NCBI GenBank assembly: GCA_026713605.1
Contig: JAPOOC010000005.1
Span: forward strand, 18,836 to 82,835
Length of the DNA: 64,000 nt
DNA from: Candidatus Kaiserbacteria bacterium
Lineage (GTDB): Bacteria > Patescibacteriota > Minisyncoccia > Phycocordibacterales > JABAAK01
Direction of reading: 5' to 3'
The notes beneath the pieces were generated by a model, which was not told the origin of the DNA, did not search any database, and saw only the letters and a list, made by a program, of their open reading frames with translations. Below are positions 58,047 through 64,000 of this stretch, one piece after another. The first letter of the stretch is position 1; each line of letters opens with the position of its first letter. A program made the position numbers and the translations under genes.

Positions 58047-59243
58047 CTACACTTGTGATGAGATAGAATATATCGGAATAATAACTGCACCGATCAAAAG
58101 CCCCACGCCAAGTCCTAAGAAGACAATAATCGTTGGCTGAATAAGATCAAGTGCAGTATCAATAGTATTACGCAACTGTTTTTCGTACAAATCAGCAATC
58201 GTCTCAAGAATTCGCTGCAACTCCCCCGCCTCCTCTCCCACCCGTATAATCTGCGCAACATTGCTACCAAGATACTCCCGCCTGGCTATGGTCTCAGACA
58301 ATTTTACCCCCTGCCGCACCTCCACACTCATCTCCCGCACCACCTCTTGATACACAGTATTCACCATACCTCGACTTAATATCTGTAACGCAGTAACAAT
58401 CGGCACGCCACTTCCAAGCATCACACCCAGATTACGAGAAAAACGAACCAAAAAGTACTCTCGAAACATCCCCCGCAGCAACGGAAAATTCACCAAAAAA
58501 CGATCAAGTGCTTTTCGCCCATCCTCGGTCTGCGAATAGTAAACCAAGCCAAACCCGCTACCGAAAAAGGTAACCAAAAGTAAAACAATATTATGTTTCA
58601 GAAAATCACTGACAGCAACGACGATTCTCGTGATAAGGGGCAACTCAGCACCAGATTGGGTAAGAATGGTAGAAATTTGCGGAATAACGGTTACCATAAT
58701 CAGCACCATCACCAGAAAAAACATCACTATCACAAAAATCGGATAGGTCAATGCTTTGCGCATCTTGGCAGAAGTGTCAGCGCTACGATCTAGGTGATCA
58801 GCAAGATAAGAAAAAGATCGCGGGAGCGTCCCCGACTGCTCACCAATGGCAACAATGGAGATAAAAAATTCACTAAATACATTGTGATGCTTCAGCAACG
58901 CCTTTTCAACGGAGAGCCCTTGCTCAATACTCTTTGCAATATCAACCAAAATACCTTGAAAATACTTATTCTGCACATTTTCAGAAACCAAACTAAACGC
59001 TTGAAGCGCTGATATCTCAGCTTCAAACAGGGTAGCAATTTGGCGAGAAAATATGACAAGGTCTTTTTTTCGAACCTTTTCAAACACATTAATCTCCAAC
59101 GCACTCTTTGACTCATGTTCCAGTGAGAGCACCGTATACCCCCTCTCATGCAATAAAGTAATGGCATTTGTTCGACTGGTCGCCTCCAATTGCCCTGAAA
59201 GCTCCTCCCCTTCTTTGTCCACAACGGTATAGATAAAAATCAT
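58047..59243 (-). CDS. pilC: type IV pilus assembly platform protein PilC (GspF family)
   Basis: 398 aa, two GspF repeats, three TM segments. Adjacent to pilT. Confidence 0.75.
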   Translation of the reverse strand: MIFIYTVVDKEGEELSGQLEATSRTNAITLLHERGYTVLSLEHESKSALEINVFEKVRKKDLVIFSRQIATLFEAEISALQAFSLVSENVQNKYFQGILVDIAKSIEQGLSVEKALLKHHNVFSEFFISIVAIGEQSGTLPRSFSYLADHLDRSADTSAKMRKALTYPIFVIVMFFLVMVLIMVTVIPQISTILTQSGAELPLITRIVVAVSDFLKHNIVLLLVTFFGSGFGLVYYSQTEDGRKALDRFLVNFPLLRGMFREYFLVRFSRNLGVMLGSGVPIVTALQILSRGMVNTVYQEVVREMSVEVRQGVKLSETIARREYLGSNVAQIIRVGEEAGELQRILETIADLYEKQLRNTIDTALDLIQPTIIVFLGLGVGLLIGAVIIPIYSISSQV

Positions 59244-59260
59244 ATGACAAATTCTTTTAC

Positions 59261-60346
59261 TTACAAATAACGCGACAGCGCCTGCTCGCTTGAGGCATGT
59301 AATGTCGCAACCTCAAGTGCTACTTCACCCCGCTTTACCAAGTCGGCGAGATAACGCTCCAAACTTATCATCCCTTCCTCTTTTCCGGTCTGAATGGTTG
59401 ACTTAATACTTTCTACTCTCCCCTCTCGAATAAGGTTACCCACCGCATCAGTATTAATAAGTATTTCACATGCTGGTATCAAGCCGCCGGACATCCTCGG
59501 TAACAGCCGAACAGAACATACGCCGAGCAACGATCCGGCAAGCTGATGCGCTATTTGTCGTTGCTGATCAGCATGAAAAGAGTCAATAATACGATGTATC
59601 GCACCATAGGCAGAGTTCGCATGCACCGTTGAAAGCGCCAAATGTCCCACTTCAGCGGCAGTCATCACTGCCCGCATAGTTTCAACTTCACGCATCTCAC
59701 CAATCATGAGGATATCAGCATCCGTTCGCAAGGCGGTGTCAAGGGCAGAACGAAATGAAAGCGCATCCCAAGGAATTTCCTGTTGGGTGATAGTTGATTT
59801 TCGATCGTTAAAAACGAACTCAATCGGATCCTCAATAGTCAGAATGTGTTTTCGCAGGGTATTGTTACAGTGCCCGACCATCGCCGCAAGTGCCGTAGAT
59901 TTTCCGTTACCAGTGGCACCAACGATAAGAAACAGTCCGTTTGGTTCATGCATCACCTCTTTCAGCATTGCCGGAAGATGCAATTCCTCCAGTGTCCGCT
60001 CACTCGCCTGCACCAATCGCAGCGTAAGAGCAATGTTTCCCATTTCGTAGTACACCGTAACACGCAGATTTACCTTCACATCATTCTTAGTGGTGTGTAT
60101 ATAACTAAACATCAAATGCCTCTGCTCCTGCAGCATCCCTTCCGCATGCTCCACCCGTGACCCGGCAATGACGCGAAAAAACTCCTGGGTATCTGTTTCA
60201 GTAAGCACTTCTTTTTGGATAAACGGCACTAACTCCCGCTGCACTCGAAACAGTGGTTTCGTACCAGCAATAATGTGAATATCAGAGCCGTCACGCACCA
60301 TGAGAGTGTCAATGTAATCCTGTAATTCTGCAGCGTACTCCATCAT
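59261..60346 (-). CDS. pilT: type IV pilus retraction ATPase PilT family
   Basis: Walker A GATGNGKST, Asp box, His box; 361 aa. Confidence 0.75.
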   Translation of the reverse strand: MMEYAAELQDYIDTLMVRDGSDIHIIAGTKPLFRVQRELVPFIQKEVLTETDTQEFFRVIAGSRVEHAEGMLQEQRHLMFSYIHTTKNDVKVNLRVTVYYEMGNIALTLRLVQASERTLEELHLPAMLKEVMHEPNGLFLIVGATGNGKSTALAAMVGHCNNTLRKHILTIEDPIEFVFNDRKSTITQQEIPWDALSFRSALDTALRTDADILMIGEMREVETMRAVMTAAEVGHLALSTVHANSAYGAIHRIIDSFHADQQRQIAHQLAGSLLGVCSVRLLPRMSGGLIPACEILINTDAVGNLIREGRVESIKSTIQTGKEEGMISLERYLADLVKRGEVALEVATLHASSEQALSRYL

Positions 60347-60395
60347 GCCCAGTATGACACACGCACGGGCTATTTAACATGCTATCAACATAACA

Positions 60396-61616
60396 CTATG
60401 CTTTTCTCGCAAGGGGCAATTGTTGCTGTATACAACGAGCCAACGCTCTAATCGCCCGTCGAGTTGTTGTAGGAAGAACACCAATCCGCAACGATCCTTC
60501 CGTCACCTCATCACATGCACTGCCAGTGGAAACGGCAAACCCCTTTGCATCCAGCAGGGTGGCAAGGTAAGCGTGATTGGTATCAGCAAACGAAAGATAG
60601 AGCAAGTGCGGCGCAATCTTTTTCCAGTCAGAGGACTGTATGTCTTTTGCTTGTTTTTCAATGCCGTGAATATACATAGCGGGAAAATGCCGCTGCAAAT
60701 CTGCAACAACAGCATTACGCACACGCTGCACTTTCGCATACAACTGATCTCTGCTCTTACAGGTCTCATGTAAAGCAGTTGCAAATCCATACAACAGCGC
60801 AACCGAGGGTGTCCCGGGGCGCATATCCCACAAAGAACGCTCGCCCTGCAAACCTGTATACAAATGCGCCTTTTGAAACAGCAGTGCTCCCACCCCTTGC
60901 GGACCGAAACTCTTTGCACTGTCTATCGTAACCGCATCAACACCCAACGACACCGGCGAACAATTATAATAGGCCGTCGCTTGTGCCGCATCAGTGTGTA
61001 TGTACACAGACGGATGCTTCTCTCTGGATGCGCGAGCGATGTCCGCCACTGGCTGTATAACACCGTGCTGACTATTCACCAACTGTAACGAGATGGCAAT
61101 GGTATTTTTATGAATATGTTTTGTGATGTCTGCCGGCATAAAACGACAACCATCCTTTGGAGTCGCAGTAGTGTAGGGTATGCCAAGCGCTTGAAAATAT
61201 GCAACATGCTTATAGACAGATGCATGCTCTTCATGACCGACAAGTATATGCATATCGGCAAGGTCAAGACCGCGCCGCTTGGCATGGAGTACAGCCGTCC
61301 TGAGAGCAAGCAAATTCGCCTCAGTTGCTCCAGAAGTGAACGCAACATTGTTTTTTTTTACTTGATAGACCTGCGCCACCATGGTTCGCGCCAGATCAAG
61401 GTACTCTTTCGCAGTACGACCTGGTCGGTGTACCGCAATCGGATTACCCAACCCACACCTCCGCTGCACCTGCAACACACACTGCATCGCTTCAGCGGCT
61501 TTCGGATGTATCGGAGTAAACGACCCAGAATCAAAATAGTATTGTTTTTTAAATGCAAAAACCATTATACCGCCAGCATACCACGGTGGCGCAATAAAAG
61601 ACCACACTCTCCACAT
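60396..61616 (-). CDS. cysteine desulfurase family protein (class V aminotransferase)
   Basis: PLP-binding region IDSAKSFGPQGVGAL (compare SxHKxxGPxGxG) and HTDAAQA. 406 aa. Confidence 0.7.
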   Translation of the reverse strand: MWRVWSFIAPPWYAGGIMVFAFKKQYYFDSGSFTPIHPKAAEAMQCVLQVQRRCGLGNPIAVHRPGRTAKEYLDLARTMVAQVYQVKKNNVAFTSGATEANLLALRTAVLHAKRRGLDLADMHILVGHEEHASVYKHVAYFQALGIPYTTATPKDGCRFMPADITKHIHKNTIAISLQLVNSQHGVIQPVADIARASREKHPSVYIHTDAAQATAYYNCSPVSLGVDAVTIDSAKSFGPQGVGALLFQKAHLYTGLQGERSLWDMRPGTPSVALLYGFATALHETCKSRDQLYAKVQRVRNAVVADLQRHFPAMYIHGIEKQAKDIQSSDWKKIAPHLLYLSFADTNHAYLATLLDAKGFAVSTGSACDEVTEGSLRIGVLPTTTRRAIRALARCIQQQLPLARKA

Positions 61617-61669
61617 ACTATGCGGTTGGATTTGCTAAGCGGTATAGTGTTATTCGGATTTTCTCTACC

Positions 61670-61882
61670 TTATTTACGGTCAAGCATGCCAACCAGCACA
61701 ATGACTGCGGCGATACCGACGATGATATATACCACATCACTGACAACTGGCGCATTTAAAATATCATAACCAATGTATTCAACCAGGTCAAGGTGTGTGC
61801 CGAATGCATGGGTAACCCCAACCAATCCCCAGTTTAAACCACCAATGATGGTCAACACTTTTGCGATTTTATAATGTATCAT
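61670..61882 (-). CDS. DUF378-like small membrane protein
   Basis: 70 aa, two TM helices, GGLNWGLVG motif. Confidence 0.45.
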   Translation of the reverse strand: MIHYKIAKVLTIIGGLNWGLVGVTHAFGTHLDLVEYIGYDILNAPVVSDVVYIIVGIAAVIVLVGMLDRK

Positions 61883-61978
61883 ACTTCAAAAGAACTTAAT
61901 AATAGTACAGATAGTTTCCGTACAACAACAGTATGCCACGATTGCAAACAATGCAGAGAAAAGTGCACTTTTCAGTGA

Positions 61979-62944
61979 CTATAAAGTGCTTTCATCCTGA
62001 AATGAATTTCGTAACATCTTTTCTGCTGCCTCTGTTTCAGACAATTTTTGATCCTTCTTGTCTTTCTGTGGGAAGTGATGATGCCACAGGAGCAAGAGTG
62101 ATGGCGCAAAGAAAAGTGACGAGTAAGTCCCTGCTACAACCCCGGCAAAAAGTGCAATGCTAAACCACTGTGTTGCCGATACAAACAGAAACAGAAGAAC
62201 CAACGGTGTAACAGTAGAAACTGAAGTATACAACGAGCGTCGCAAACTACTCCGGACACCGTAATCAACTGTTTCAGTAAACGGCTCTTTCCTATTCTTT
62301 TCTCGATTCATCCGCAACCGATCCCGCATACGATCAAACACCACAATAGTGTCATTTATTGAGTAGCCCAAGGTTGCCAAAAGTGCAGTAACAAAGAGAG
62401 TGTCAACCATTGCCGTGGTAAATGGCGCAATAATCGCAAACAGTCCAAGCGGAATAATCGTGTCATGCACCAGGGCAAAGGTTGCCGTAATACCGTACTT
62501 CCAAGACGCAACTGGCCGCGACGACTTTCTGAACACAAGAGAAATGTACACAATGATAATACCGACTGCAACAAGCAACGCCAACACCGCCTTATACAGT
62601 AACTCCTTACTGATAGAAGGCGAATAAGATCGGTACTCCTTCACCTCAAACTCCCCTATCTGCTCGGCAATGTGTGCTTGTAGAGCACTATATGCATCAG
62701 CATCCAAAGATTGTGTGGTGAAAGTATATTCCGTCGCAGATACCTGTTGGATGGCAACGGCATACCCAATATCGCCGAACTGCGCCACCCCATCCTCTTG
62801 GGCTTCAGTAAATACCACCTGCAATTCAGCGCGACCGGCAAACTCTGGAGCAATGTTTGGTCCAATAATAAGCGTGCATAAAACAGAGAGGACAATGAGT
62901 CCAATGCCAATAAAAGCGTGTATTTTTGCGTGATTACTTACCAT
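61979..62944 (-). CDS. secF: protein translocase subunit SecF
   Basis: 321 aa, six TM segments, SecD/SecF family C-terminal domain. Immediately downstream of secD. Confidence 0.8.
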   Translation of the reverse strand: MVSNHAKIHAFIGIGLIVLSVLCTLIIGPNIAPEFAGRAELQVVFTEAQEDGVAQFGDIGYAVAIQQVSATEYTFTTQSLDADAYSALQAHIAEQIGEFEVKEYRSYSPSISKELLYKAVLALLVAVGIIIVYISLVFRKSSRPVASWKYGITATFALVHDTIIPLGLFAIIAPFTTAMVDTLFVTALLATLGYSINDTIVVFDRMRDRLRMNREKNRKEPFTETVDYGVRSSLRRSLYTSVSTVTPLVLLFLFVSATQWFSIALFAGVVAGTYSSLFFAPSLLLLWHHHFPQKDKKDQKLSETEAAEKMLRNSFQDESTL

Positions 62945-62954
62945 ACGAACATCG

Positions 62955-64000
62955 TTATTGTATATACCATTTTTTCAGCCGTTTACTGAAAACACTGGCG
63001 GTTGCCCGGAGAAAAAGTCGTGTGAGCACATACGCAGAAAACATACTAATGAGCACGCCGATGATAAACGCAAAGGCAAACCCTTTAATCATAGAGGTAC
63101 CAAACCAAAAGAGTAAGAAGGCAATGATCATGCTCGTCAAATTTGCATCCCGAATCGCCACCCACGCCCGGGCACAACCATTTCTTATTGCATGAACCCG
63201 CGTCTCTCCTCGGCTGATTTCCTCCCGCATCCGTTCAAAAATAAGTACATTTGCATCAACAGCAAAGCCAATAGACATAATAAAGCCAGAAAGTCCAGCC
63301 GCGGTCAGCACGATCGGCACCGCTTTGAATATCGCCAACACAATTATACAATAAACCGCCAATGCCAACACGGCAACAATACCAACAAAACGATACACCC
63401 CTATGAAAAGGAGTGCGATTAGGAGCAACGCAATCAGCCCAGCAAACACACTCTTCTCTGACACCTCCGCGCCAAGGGATGGATTTACCGTGAGGGTCTC
63501 TGACAGCTCAATCGGCAATGGCAACGCGCCGAGATTAAGTCCATCCACCAATTCTTTCGCCGAGTCCAAGGTAAAATTCCCTTGTATTTGAGTAGTGCCA
63601 CCAGTAATTGGCTCATTAATGACTGGTGATGAAATAACAGCGCCATCAAGGAAAATCATCAGTCGTCGCCCAACATTATCCCGAGTAACCTCAGCAAAAA
63701 TCTTTCCACCCTCTCCGTTAAAGTGCAATACCACAACCGGCTCATTGGTTAGCGTACCACCGATACCCGGCAAAAATTGCACTTCCGCAGTAGTGATATG
63801 AGTCCCCTGCAAACCAGTGTCTTTTATTTCCATGGGATCATCAACGAGTATCTTAAATTCAAGGTACGGTGTTTCTCCAATCGCTTTCGTCGCCTCATCG
63901 GTATCAGTAACACCTGGCAACTCAACCACCAAGCGATGTGCAGCGGGGTTGCCTCCAATCGCCAACCCAGTAATGGTATATACATTCGGCTCCGAAACCC
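62955..64000 (-). CDS. secD: protein translocase subunit SecD (5' end beyond window)
   Basis: SecD_SecF C-terminal membrane domain preceded by a periplasmic domain. The ORF continues past the window edge. Confidence 0.8.
   Translation of the reverse strand, partial: VSEPNVYTITGLAIGGNPAAHRLVVELPGVTDTDEATKAIGETPYLEFKILVDDPMEIKDTGLQGTHITTAEVQFLPGIGGTLTNEPVVVLHFNGEGGKIFAEVTRDNVGRRLMIFLDGAVISSPVINEPITGGTTQIQGNFTLDSAKELVDGLNLGALPLPIELSETLTVNPSLGAEVSEKSVFAGLIALLLIALLFIGVYRFVGIVAVLALAVYCIIVLAIFKAVPIVLTAAGLSGFIMSIGFAVDANVLIFERMREEISRGETRVHAIRNGCARAWVAIRDANLTSMIIAFLLFWFGTSMIKGFAFAFIIGVLISMFSAYVLTRLFLRATASVFSKRLKKWYIQ

Overview
This 64-kb window looks like it comes from a small-genome, uncultivated bacterium; the gene content (gatB, type IV pilus genes, compact housekeeping proteins) is reminiscent of Patescibacteria/CPR, but that is inference only. 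TGA is used as a stop codon (for example gatB), and RF1, RF2 and ArfB are all present, so the standard genetic code applies.

Housekeeping backbone, in order: gatB; a liv-type branched-chain amino-acid ABC transporter (two permeases, two ATPases); mraY-ftsW-ftsEX; tRNA-Gln; ychF; a MurC/Mpl-like ligase; groES-groEL; rplU; a MurE-like Mur ligase; pilin/PilX-like genes; glyQS; a LOG-family protein; greA; uppP; prfB; ligA; tRNA-Thr; valS; prfA; rpmE; obg; arfB; rplY; pilC-pilT; a cysteine desulfurase; secF-secD.

Accessory content:
1. A CRISPR-like array at 4958-5629 (16 copies of a 25-bp repeat, 15 unique spacers of only 18-19 bp, a degenerate terminal repeat and an AT-rich leader) sits immediately upstream of a 469-aa TnpB/Cas12f-like RuvC nuclease with N- and C-terminal zinc fingers. 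No cas1, cas2 or cas4 is visible. This is the best candidate for an undescribed miniature type V system.
2. An AT-rich island downstream of tRNA-Gln carries a PHP-phosphoesterase/ABC-ATPase fusion protein, a small acidic protein, a type III R-M system (Mod + Res) and a DUF45/M48-like metallohydrolase.
3. A MoxR-type AAA ATPase and a DUF2201-type (HExxH + vWA) protein are interleaved with four paralogous 211-216-aa proteins that have variable C-termini and conserved 3' flanks.
4. A duplicated cassette architecture occurs at two loci 16.7 kb apart: a ~510-bp promoter/long-leader module and a ~113-bp double-hairpin terminator module bracket two unrelated small ORFs.
5. A Fic-family protein, several promoter/terminator-defined small transcripts, and a consensus-promoter-driven 37-aa hydrophobic peptide ORF.
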